DNA of 55,403 bases from Nocardioidaceae bacterium. Lineage in GTDB: Bacteria; Actinomycetota; Actinomycetes; Propionibacteriales; Nocardioidaceae. The stretch covers positions 1-55,403 of the forward strand of contig JAICLD010000001.1 of the NCBI GenBank assembly GCA_025927595.1, in the 5' to 3' direction. Positions 47,640 to 55,382 of this stretch are shown here, one piece after another. The stretch's first letter is position 1; each line of letters begins with the position of its first letter. The position numbers and the translations under genes are program-made. The notes under the pieces are model-generated. The model ran no database searches. It saw nothing but the letters and a program-made list of their open reading frames with translations, and was not told the DNA's origin.

Positions 47640-49146
47640 GCGGGACGTCCTGGCCGGCACGGACGAACACCGACTCGTAGGCCAGCAGCGCCGGCTGCAC
47701 CAGGAGGCCGGCCACCAGGGCCGCCCAGCCCGCGGAGCCGGTCCAGGCCAGCGCGGCCAGGACCACGGACAGGGCGACGGGGACCACCGACCCGAGCCAG
47801 AACAGCCGCGCGTAGCGGCCCCGGACGATGATCCGCGCGGCCACCGCGGCACCGCGCGACCGGTGCCCACCACCGAGGTCCAGGGCGGTGACGACGAGGT
47901 GCAGGACCGCACCGACGAGCAGCGCCCGGGCCGCGAGTGCGACGGCGGAGGAGCTCTGACCGGCGAGGACCAGCGCGACCGCCATCGCGCCGGACCCGAC
48001 CATCAGCGCCTGCACCAGCAGGTGCGGCAGCAGCCAGCGCGACTGCCACAGGTCGCGGCCCTCCGCCTGGGCGAACAGGAACGCGGTGTAGCCGGCCACC
48101 AGCGCGCACGGGACCAGCACGAGCCAGGCCAGCCAGCCCAGCACGCCGTCGAGGCCCAGCACCCCCGCCACGAACCAGGCGGTCGTCGCCAGCCCGAACA
48201 GCAGCAGGCAGTAGCCGCCGAGGACCAGCCAGGAGGTGTGGTGGGGCTTGGTGAACAGGTAGTAGAACCGGTCCGGGCGCTTGAGGTCCCACACCAGCAG
48301 CACGCCGGTCGCCGCAGCGCCGACCGCGGCGAGGACCGGGGCCACCACGTCGCCGACCGCCCCGAGGGAGACACCGAGGATGACGGCCAGCGCGGCCAGG
48401 AACAGCGCGCCGCCGGCGAGGCCCTTGGCCCACAGGTAGGTGACCACCCGCCAGCCCCAGGGCCGCGGGTGCGAGGTGTTGAGCGTGGTGTGCGCGGTGG
48501 GGTCGTCGCCCTCGTAGTCGTGCGAGGTCCGCAGCCGCTGCTCGTCGGGGCGGGCCCACAGGTACGTGTCGCGCACGGGCGCCGCGAGCGGGTCGAGCAC
48601 GGCTCGCTCGGCGCCGAGGTAGAACACGTTGGGGCCGGTGTTCTGGTCCGGCGCCCGCACCGCCGTGGGGTTCGCGGCGACGAGCCGGGAGATGCCGGTG
48701 GTCTCGTCGTCCACGTCGCCGACCCAGATCGAGTGCGTCGGGCAGACCGTCACGCAGGCCGGCTCCAGGCCCTCGTCGACCCGGTGGGCGCAGAAGTTGC
48801 ACTTCGCGGCGGTGTGCGTCTCGGCGTCGATGTAGATCGCGTCGTAGGGGCAGGCCTGCATGCACGACTTGCAGCCGATGCAGCGCTCGCTGTCGAAGTC
48901 GACGATGCCGTCGTCGCGCTTGAACAGCGCGGTGGTCGGGCAGATCTTCACGCACGGCGCGTCCGTGCAGTGGTTGCAGCGCATCACGCCGAAGTCGCGG
49001 GTGGAGTCCGGGAACGTCCCGGAGTCGACGTACTTGACCCAGGTGCGGAACTGGTCGAGCGGGATGTCGTGCTCGGTCTTGCAGGCGACCGTGCAGGCAT
49101 GGCACCCGATGCAGGTGCGCTGGTCGATCGCGAAGCCGTACTGCAC
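47632..49146 (-). CDS. Fused four-cluster ferredoxin (NrfC/DmsB) and NrfD/PsrC membrane anchor
   Basis: CIGCHACTVAC, CNHCTDAPC, CIGCKSCMQACP, KCNFC..PAC..CP, then WGW..YLW, DLKRPDRF, SW and 8 TM; GTG 49146 with GGAAGG RBS. Confidence 0.9.
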   Translation of the reverse strand: MQYGFAIDQRTCIGCHACTVACKTEHDIPLDQFRTWVKYVDSGTFPDSTRDFGVMRCNHCTDAPCVKICPTTALFKRDDGIVDFDSERCIGCKSCMQACPYDAIYIDAETHTAAKCNFCAHRVDEGLEPACVTVCPTHSIWVGDVDDETTGISRLVAANPTAVRAPDQNTGPNVFYLGAERAVLDPLAAPVRDTYLWARPDEQRLRTSHDYEGDDPTAHTTLNTSHPRPWGWRVVTYLWAKGLAGGALFLAALAVILGVSLGAVGDVVAPVLAAVGAAATGVLLVWDLKRPDRFYYLFTKPHHTSWLVLGGYCLLLFGLATTAWFVAGVLGLDGVLGWLAWLVLVPCALVAGYTAFLFAQAEGRDLWQSRWLLPHLLVQALMVGSGAMAVALVLAGQSSSAVALAARALLVGAVLHLVVTALDLGGGHRSRGAAVAARIIVRGRYARLFWLGSVVPVALSVVLAALAWTGSAGWAALVAGLLVQPALLAYESVFVRAGQDVPLS

Positions 49147-49219
49147 CGTCCACGCCCTTCCCTGGAGCTCTGGTCCCAGCACGATCCTCGGGCAGGTCCG
49201 GGTCCCGCGGTAGAGCGCG

Positions 49220-49249
49220 TTGGTTATGCCGTCATAATCTACGGTTATG
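49220..49249. promoter_or_regulatory. LysR operator CATAA-N7-TTATG overlapping leaderless -10 (TAATCT)
   Basis: Palindrome at 49233-49249 ending at the LysR ATG; second GGTTATG 21 bp upstream. Confidence 0.7.
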
Positions 49250-50152
49250 AGGACGCAGCGTTGGGCCAGCGACCTCGGGCCGCTGCGGCTGCTCGTGGCG
49301 GTCGGCGAGCACGGCAGCATCACGGAGGCCGCGCGCCTGGAGGGCGTCAGCCAGCCTGCCGCCAGCAAGCAGATCGCGGCGCTGGAGCGGGCCATGTCGC
49401 TGCCCTTGCTGCGCCGCGCCCCCAGCGGCTCCACCCTGACCGCCGAGGGCGAGGTGGTCGCGAGCTGGGCCGGGCGGGTGCTCGCCACCGTCGAGCAGAT
49501 GCGCGGCGCCGTGGAGTCGATGCGCGTGCATGCGGACCCCGACCTGGTCGTCGCGGCGAGCATGACGGTGGCGGAGCACCTCGCCCCGGCCTGGCTCTCC
49601 ACGCTGCGGGCGACCCGCCCGGACGTGCACGTGGGCCTGCGGGTGACGAACTCCCACGACGTGCAGGAGCTCGTCGTCCGGGGGGAGGTGGACCTCGGCT
49701 TCGTCGAGACAGCGACCCTGGACCCCCGCGTGGAGAGCCGCCGGCTGATGCGGGACCGGCTGGCGGTCGTGGTGGCGCCGACCCACGCCTGGGCCGCGAG
49801 GCGGCGGTCGCTGGGTGCCGAGGACCTCGCCCGCACCCCGCTGATCGTGCGGGAGCACGGTTCCGGCACCCGGGACACGCTCGACCGCGTGCTGCGTGCG
49901 AACCCGGCCGACCCGCTGCTGGTCCTCGGGTCGAACGAGGCGGTGAAGGGCGCGGTCAAGGCGGGGGTCGGGGCCGCGGTCCTCAGCGTCCTCGCGGTCG
50001 GCGAGGACGTCCGTCGTGGGCAGCTGGTGGAGGTCGCCGTGGACGGGCTGGACCTGCACCGGCCGATCAGCGCGGTGTGGCGACGCGGTCAGCGGCTCGG
50101 GGACGCCTCCCGCACGCTGCTCCGCACGGCCGCGTCCGGCTCTCCGGCCTGA
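49247..50152 (+). CDS. LysR-family regulator, YeiE/CysL-like
   Basis: GSITEAA..GVSQPAAS, ASMTVAEH, DLGFVE, REHGSGTR; divergent from the Mo operon. Confidence 0.9.
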   Translation: MRTQRWASDLGPLRLLVAVGEHGSITEAARLEGVSQPAASKQIAALERAMSLPLLRRAPSGSTLTAEGEVVASWAGRVLATVEQMRGAVESMRVHADPDLVVAASMTVAEHLAPAWLSTLRATRPDVHVGLRVTNSHDVQELVVRGEVDLGFVETATLDPRVESRRLMRDRLAVVVAPTHAWAARRRSLGAEDLARTPLIVREHGSGTRDTLDRVLRANPADPLLVLGSNEAVKGAVKAGVGAAVLSVLAVGEDVRRGQLVEVAVDGLDLHRPISAVWRRGQRLGDASRTLLRTAASGSPA

Positions 50153-51018
50153 GCACCGGCCGCCCGCAGCGCGTCGCCGATCTGGCTGGGGACGTCGACG
50201 ACCGTCGCGCCGGCCTCGGTGAGCGCGGCGACCTTGGACTCGCCACTGCCGCGCCCGTCGGTGACGATCGCGCCCGCGTGCCCCATCCGCTTGCCCGGTG
50301 GAGCGGTCCGCCCGGCGATGTAGGCGACGACGGGCTTGGTCATCGTCGCGACGTACGCCGCCGCCTCCTCCTCCATGACCCCGCCGATCTCGCCGACGAG
50401 CACGACGGCATGGGTGCGCTCGTCCGCGTCGAGGGTGCGTACGGCGTCGAGCGTGGTGGTGCCCAGGATCGGGTCACCGCCGATGCCGACGAAGGCGGAC
50501 TGCCCGAAGCCGGCGGTGACGAGGTTCAGGCAGACGAGCGTGCCGAGGCTGCCGCTGCGCGAGACCACCCCGACGTTGCCCGGACGGAAGATGTTGGGGG
50601 CGAAGCCCGGCATGATGCCCACGGAGGTCTCCCCCGGCACCACGAGCCCGGCGGTGTTGGGTCCCAGCACCTGTGCGCCGCTCTCCCGGGCCCGCGCGAG
50701 CACCTCCATCACGTCCTGGGCGGGCACGTGCTCGGCGAGGAAGACCACCTTGCGCACGCCCGCGGAGACGGCGTCGAGCGCCGCCTCCCGGGCGGCCATC
50801 GGAGGCACGAACAGCACCGTGGCGTCGACCTGGTGCCGCGCCGCCGCCTCGGCGACGCTGTCGTAGACCCGCACGCCCGCGACCTCGCGGCCGCCCTTGC
50901 CCGGGCTGACACCGGCGACCACGCGGGTGCCGCACTCGGCCATCCGCTGCGACCAGTAGGACCCCTGCCGTCCGGTGATCCCCTGGACGATGACCGACTC
51001 ACCGCTCCTGACCAGCAT
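50089..51018 (-). CDS. SucD-like CoA ligase alpha subunit, probable sulfoacetate-CoA ligase
   Basis: VQGITGRQG, GVSPGKGG, SRSGSL, GIGGD, GEIGG, RMGHAGA phospho-His. Confidence 0.82.
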   Translation of the reverse strand: MLVRSGESVIVQGITGRQGSYWSQRMAECGTRVVAGVSPGKGGREVAGVRVYDSVAEAAARHQVDATVLFVPPMAAREAALDAVSAGVRKVVFLAEHVPAQDVMEVLARARESGAQVLGPNTAGLVVPGETSVGIMPGFAPNIFRPGNVGVVSRSGSLGTLVCLNLVTAGFGQSAFVGIGGDPILGTTTLDAVRTLDADERTHAVVLVGEIGGVMEEEAAAYVATMTKPVVAYIAGRTAPPGKRMGHAGAIVTDGRGSGESKVAALTEAGATVVDVPSQIGDALRAAGAQAGEPDAAVRSSVREASPSR

Positions 51019-52205
51019 CAGCGCACCTCCGCGCTCACCGGGGCCGTCGAGGGCGCCGGAGCGGCCGAGGCGGCCGCTGCGACGGCCGCGCGGACCGCGT
51101 CGTCCATCAGGTCGTAGGGCTCGACGCCCAGCCGCTCCCGCACGAGCCGCACGGCCTCCTCCTCGCCGGTGCCGTGGATCGTGAAGAACACCGGGACGTC
51201 GGGGCGCAGCTCCTCGAGGGCCGCGACGACGCCCTCCGCCATCACGTCGGTGCGGGCGAACGCGCCGCAGAAGTTCACGAGCAGGCTCTTCACCCGCGGG
51301 TTGTCGAGCACCAGCGACAGGGCGGGCGTGGCCTTGGTGTAGGCGTCGCCACCGATCTCGAGGAAGTTGGCCGCCCGGCCGCCGTAGTGGTGCACGACGT
51401 CGAGGGTCGTCATGGTGAGCCCGGCCCCGTTGGCGAGCACCCCGACGTCGCCGTCCAGCTCGATGAGCTGCAGCCCGAGCTCGCGGCCCCGCCGCTCGAG
51501 CTCGGTCAGCTGCTCCTGCGCCGACTCGGGCGCCGCGGCCACGACGGCCTCCTGGCGCGGCTCGGAGCCAGGGTCGATCGAGATCTTCGCGTCCAGCGCG
51601 ACCACGTCGCCGGCGCGGGTCAGCACCAGTGGGTTCACCTCGGCGAGGTCGGCATCGCTGTCGCGGTAGACCCCGTACAGCCGCACCAGCGCGTCGGCCA
51701 CCGCCCCACGGGCGGCGTCTGGGAGGTCGGTGCCGGCCACGACCTCCAACGCCTCCTCGGCGTCCAGACCGCGGGTGATGTCGACGGGGTGCCGCCGCAC
51801 CAGCTCCGGCGTCGCCCGGTTGACCTCCTCGATGTCCATGCCGCCCGAGGTGGAGAAGAGCACCAGTGGCCCCTTGCTCACCGGGTCGTTGAGCACGGCG
51901 GCGTACAGCTCGCGCTCGATGTCCGCGCACTCCTCCACCAGGACCTCGTGGACGGGGTAGCCGTCGACGCTGAGGGCGAGCAGCCGCTCCGCCACCTCCG
52001 CCGCCTCGTCGGCGGAGTCCGCGAAGAGCACGGCACCGGACTTGCCGCGCTTGCCGGTCGGCACCTGGGCCTTGACGACGACCCGCGAGCCGATCCGCGA
52101 GGCGACGTCGCGGGCCTCCTCCGCGCTGGAGGCCACACCGCTGACGGGCACGCGGAGGCCGCCCCGCTCCAGCAGCTGCTTGCCGTGGTGCTCGAGGAGC
52201 TTCAC
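51018..52205 (-). CDS. SucC-like CoA ligase beta subunit, probable sulfoacetate-CoA ligase
   Basis: KLLEHHGK, VKAQV..GKRGKSG, GGMDIE, EVNPL, LDAK, NGAGL; NFCGAF replaces SucC NIFGGI. Confidence 0.82.
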   Translation of the reverse strand: MKLLEHHGKQLLERGGLRVPVSGVASSAEEARDVASRIGSRVVVKAQVPTGKRGKSGAVLFADSADEAAEVAERLLALSVDGYPVHEVLVEECADIERELYAAVLNDPVSKGPLVLFSTSGGMDIEEVNRATPELVRRHPVDITRGLDAEEALEVVAGTDLPDAARGAVADALVRLYGVYRDSDADLAEVNPLVLTRAGDVVALDAKISIDPGSEPRQEAVVAAAPESAQEQLTELERRGRELGLQLIELDGDVGVLANGAGLTMTTLDVVHHYGGRAANFLEIGGDAYTKATPALSLVLDNPRVKSLLVNFCGAFARTDVMAEGVVAALEELRPDVPVFFTIHGTGEEEAVRLVRERLGVEPYDLMDDAVRAAVAAAASAAPAPSTAPVSAEVR

Positions 52206-53635
52206 CGGCCGTACCTCTCGAAGTAGCTGCCCCACAGGTCGTCCTCGGAGGGCTCCCTCGCGGGGATGACGCGGGCCAGCCGCGTGATGTTGAGGAAGTG
52301 CCGGAACGAGAGGTTGTCGGAGATGCTGTTCCCGGCCCAGGTGCCGGCGCCCATCGTCAGCGTGAACCCGAGGCCGTTGTCGAAGCCGCCGCCGGTGCCG
52401 AAGCAGTGCGCCTGGTTGACGAGCACCCGGGCGACCCGCAGACGCTCCGCCACCCGCCGGGCGTGCTCCTCGGTGGCCGTGTGGATCCCGCAGGAGTGGC
52501 CGGCGCCCTGGTGGTCCAGCAGCGCCTGGATCCGCTCGAGGCCCTCGTCGAGCGTCTGGAACCGGTAGACCGCCGCGACGACCGACAGCTTCTCCCCGCT
52601 GAACGGGTGGTCGGGGCCGACGCCGTCCTCCTCCACCAGGAAGAACGCGGCGTTCCGGGCCGCCGGGGAGTCGAGCCCGGCGAGAGCGGCGATCTTCTCG
52701 GGCGACTGGGCGGTCACCGCGCCGCTGAGGTGGCCGTCCACCCACATCACGTCCTGCAGCCGGCGCTTCTCCGCCGCAGTCAGGAGGTAGCCGCCCTGGT
52801 CCGCCAGCGCCGCGAGGGCCCGGTCGTAGACGTCGGCGTGCACGTGCAGGGAGTTCTCCGAGGAGCAGCTGGTGGCGTAGTCGAAGGTCTTGCTGAGCCG
52901 GATCTTCTCGGCCGCGTCCTCGACGTCGGCGTCCGCGTCGATGATGACGGGCGCGTTCCCGACCCCGACGCCGATCGCCGGGGTGCCCGAGCTGTAGGCG
53001 GCCTGGACGTTCTTCTGGGAGCCGGTCACGACGACGAAGTCCGCCTGGCGCATGAGCTCGTAGGTGAGGGCCTTGGTGGGGTGGTCGACGTACTGCACGA
53101 GGTCGCGGGGGGCGCCGACCTTGTCGAGCTGCTCGTGGATGTAGCGCACCAGCAGCCCGCAGGTCGAGGCGCCCTTGGGGGACGGCGACAGCACGATCGC
53201 GTTGCGCCCCTTGAGCGCCATCATCGTCTTGTTCGCCGGCGTGGCAGCGGGATTCGTGGAGGGGCACACCGCCGCGACGACGCCCATCGGCTTGGCGTAC
53301 TCGGTGAGGCCCAGCTCCGGGTCCTCGGAGATCACGCCGACCGAGGGTGCCCCGGTGAGGTCGCGCAGCGTCCCCATCGTCTTGCGCCGGTTCTTCACGA
53401 TCTTGTCCTCGACCCGGCCCAGCCCGGTGTCCTGCACCGACAGCTCGGCCAGGATCCGTGCGCGCTCCGGCTCGGCGACGGCCCAGGCGACGCCGGCGAC
53501 GACGGCGTCGACCTGCTCCTGTCCGAACTCCTCGAAGACCCGCTGCGCCTCGCGGGCGCGCCGGACGAGCTCGGCGATCGTGCCGACCACGTCCTCGTCG
53601 TCCCGCTGGGTCTGGTCCGTGGGCTGTCCGGGCAT
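52202..53635 (-). CDS. sauS: CoA-acylating aldehyde dehydrogenase, probable sulfoacetaldehyde dehydrogenase
   Basis: PSTNP, AYSSGTPAIGVGVGN, SKTFDYATSCSSENS, EKLS, GHSCGIH, NSISDNL; GAAGGAG RBS. Confidence 0.78.
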   Translation of the reverse strand: MPGQPTDQTQRDDEDVVGTIAELVRRAREAQRVFEEFGQEQVDAVVAGVAWAVAEPERARILAELSVQDTGLGRVEDKIVKNRRKTMGTLRDLTGAPSVGVISEDPELGLTEYAKPMGVVAAVCPSTNPAATPANKTMMALKGRNAIVLSPSPKGASTCGLLVRYIHEQLDKVGAPRDLVQYVDHPTKALTYELMRQADFVVVTGSQKNVQAAYSSGTPAIGVGVGNAPVIIDADADVEDAAEKIRLSKTFDYATSCSSENSLHVHADVYDRALAALADQGGYLLTAAEKRRLQDVMWVDGHLSGAVTAQSPEKIAALAGLDSPAARNAAFFLVEEDGVGPDHPFSGEKLSVVAAVYRFQTLDEGLERIQALLDHQGAGHSCGIHTATEEHARRVAERLRVARVLVNQAHCFGTGGGFDNGLGFTLTMGAGTWAGNSISDNLSFRHFLNITRLARVIPAREPSEDDLWGSYFERYGR

Positions 53636-53689
53636 CCCGCTCACTCCTTCGGTCGTGGTGGGGACGAAGCCGCCGACCCACGACACCTA

Positions 53690-53745
53690 TTCCAACTTGT
53701 GGAAGACCTTTCCAACAACGTACGTCGGCGGCGGCGCACCGTCAA
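53690..53745 (-). promoter_or_regulatory. sauS promoter TTGACG-N17-TACGTT with IclR operator
   Basis: -35 at 53740-53745, -10 at 53717-53722; palindrome TTCCAACTTGTGGAA at 53690-53704 and half-site at 53710. Confidence 0.72.
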
Positions 53746-53770
53746 GAGGACGGGGGCGGCCGGTCGAGGC

Positions 53771-54565
53771 TCAGATCCGGTAGTCCGAGGGCAGGATCGC
53801 CGCGATCTCGGCGGCGGCGTCGACCACGAGCGCGCCCAGCTGCGGCAGCCGCTCCTCCGGGAGCCGCACGTCGGGCCCCTGCACGGCCACCGCCGCCGTC
53901 GCCAGCCCCGAGGACGGCTCGAGGACGGGGGCGGCGACGCCGCACACCCCGGCGATCCGCTCCCCGCGGTTGACGCTGTAGCCGCGGTCGCGGACCGTCT
54001 CCAGCTCCCGACCGAGGGCGCGCGCCGAGGTGATCGTCCTCGACGTCATCGCGGCGAGCTCCCCGAGCCGCTCCAGCTCCGCGGCCGGCTCCCGGGAGTA
54101 GGCCAGCAGCGCCTTGCCGGTGCTCGTGCAGTACAGCGGGATCCGGGCGCCGACGGGCTGGGTGAACCGCAGCGGCTGCTCGGACTCGACCCGCAGCACC
54201 ACCAGGCCGTGGTCGCCGTCGCGGACGACGAGGTTCGCCGACTCCCCCGTCGCCGCGCGGAGCCGCTCCAGGACCGGCGCGACGGCCGCGAAGCCGAGGT
54301 TGCGCTCGGCGGCCAGGCCCAGCAGCAGCGCCTCCCGGCCCAGGCGGTACCGGTCGGTCTCGGGGTTCTGGGAGACGTATCCCTCCGCGACCAGAGCCTT
54401 GAGGATCCGGTGCACGGTGCTGGTGTGCAGCGACAGCGAGCGCGCCATCTCCGAGACACCCACGTCCGTCGTGGCCCGGCGCAGCACGCCGAGGACCGAC
54501 AGCGCACGCACGACGGTCTGGGTGCCGAGCACCCGCTCGTCCTCGGTCCGCGGGGACGTCGTCAC
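53771..54565 (-). CDS. IclR-family regulator (SauR-like)
   Basis: GTQTVVRAL, STVHRIL, GESANL, CTSTGKA; GGAGG RBS before GTG 54565 (alternative start 54589). Confidence 0.88.
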   Translation of the reverse strand: MTTSPRTEDERVLGTQTVVRALSVLGVLRRATTDVGVSEMARSLSLHTSTVHRILKALVAEGYVSQNPETDRYRLGREALLLGLAAERNLGFAAVAPVLERLRAATGESANLVVRDGDHGLVVLRVESEQPLRFTQPVGARIPLYCTSTGKALLAYSREPAAELERLGELAAMTSRTITSARALGRELETVRDRGYSVNRGERIAGVCGVAAPVLEPSSGLATAAVAVQGPDVRLPEERLPQLGALVVDAAAEIAAILPSDYRI

Positions 54566-54583
54566 GAGGCTCTCCTCCGTCGC

Positions 54584-54609
54584 TTCCACATGTTGGAAGG
54601 AGCAGTCTA
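54584..54609 (-). promoter_or_regulatory. IclR autoregulatory operator and -10 TAGACT
   Basis: TTCCACATGTTGGAA at 54584-54598, one mismatch from the reverse complement of the 53690 site; -10 at 54604-54609. Confidence 0.72.
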
Positions 54610-54632
54610 GGTCCCGACCGGCCCATCGTGGC

Positions 54633-55382
54633 TCACAGCGCCTGCAGCACCGAGGCCAGACCGCTCACGAGGGCGACCCCGAGCACGAGCCGCCGGAACA
54701 GCGGCTGGGGCAGCCGGGCCCCCACGGCGACGCCCACGGCCTGCCCGAGGACGCCGGCCGGGAGCCACGCGGCGAGCAGCGGCAGCGCCGGGCGCAGGTC
54801 CGCACCCGGCCCCAGCACGAGCACCGCGACCGTGAGGGTGTTGCCGACGACGAAGTACGCCGCGAGGTCCGCGACCATGCCGGTCGCCGAGCCGGCACGA
54901 CGCATCAGCAGCAGCGCCGGTGGCACGCCGTTGAGGCTGGTGGTCACCCCGAGCAGCCCACCGACGCCACCGGCCGTGAGCGCGGCGGCGGGGAACCATC
55001 GCGTGGAGGGCGCCCGGGTGGCCGGACGCGACAGGGCCAGGACCGCCACCACCGTCATGGCGCCCGCCGCCAGCTCGACCGCCCGCGCCGGGACCGACTC
55101 GCGGACGAGGAGCCCCAGCGCCATCCCCGGCAGGCTGCCGGCGACCAGCAGCGCCGTGGCAGCCGTCTCGATGCGTCGGCCGTGGCGCAGCACCAGGCCG
55201 ACCCGGCTGACCAGGCCGACCAGCAGGTTGACGACCACCACGACGTCGAGCGGCACCCCCACCAGCAGGAGAGCGGGCAGCGCCACGAGCCCGTAGGCGA
55301 AGCCCACGACGCCGGCGAGGAACGTCGCCGCCAGGACGACCAGGAGTCCGAGGACCAGCACCGGACCACCGTGCCACCGCAC
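54633..55382 (-). CDS. TauE/SafE-family transporter (start uncertain, frame open to window edge)
   Basis: GVVGFAYG, GSLPG, TTSLNGVPP, about 8 TM. Confidence 0.82.
   Translation of the reverse strand: MRWHGGPVLVLGLLVVLAATFLAGVVGFAYGLVALPALLLVGVPLDVVVVVNLLVGLVSRVGLVLRHGRRIETAATALLVAGSLPGMALGLLVRESVPARAVELAAGAMTVVAVLALSRPATRAPSTRWFPAAALTAGGVGGLLGVTTSLNGVPPALLLMRRAGSATGMVADLAAYFVVGNTLTVAVLVLGPGADLRPALPLLAAWLPAGVLGQAVGVAVGARLPQPLFRRLVLGVALVSGLASVLQAL

Noticed and set aside
50089-52205. TCA-cycle succinyl-CoA synthetase
   Set aside because: Divergent substrate-site motifs and coupling to an acylating ALDH under a dedicated IclR
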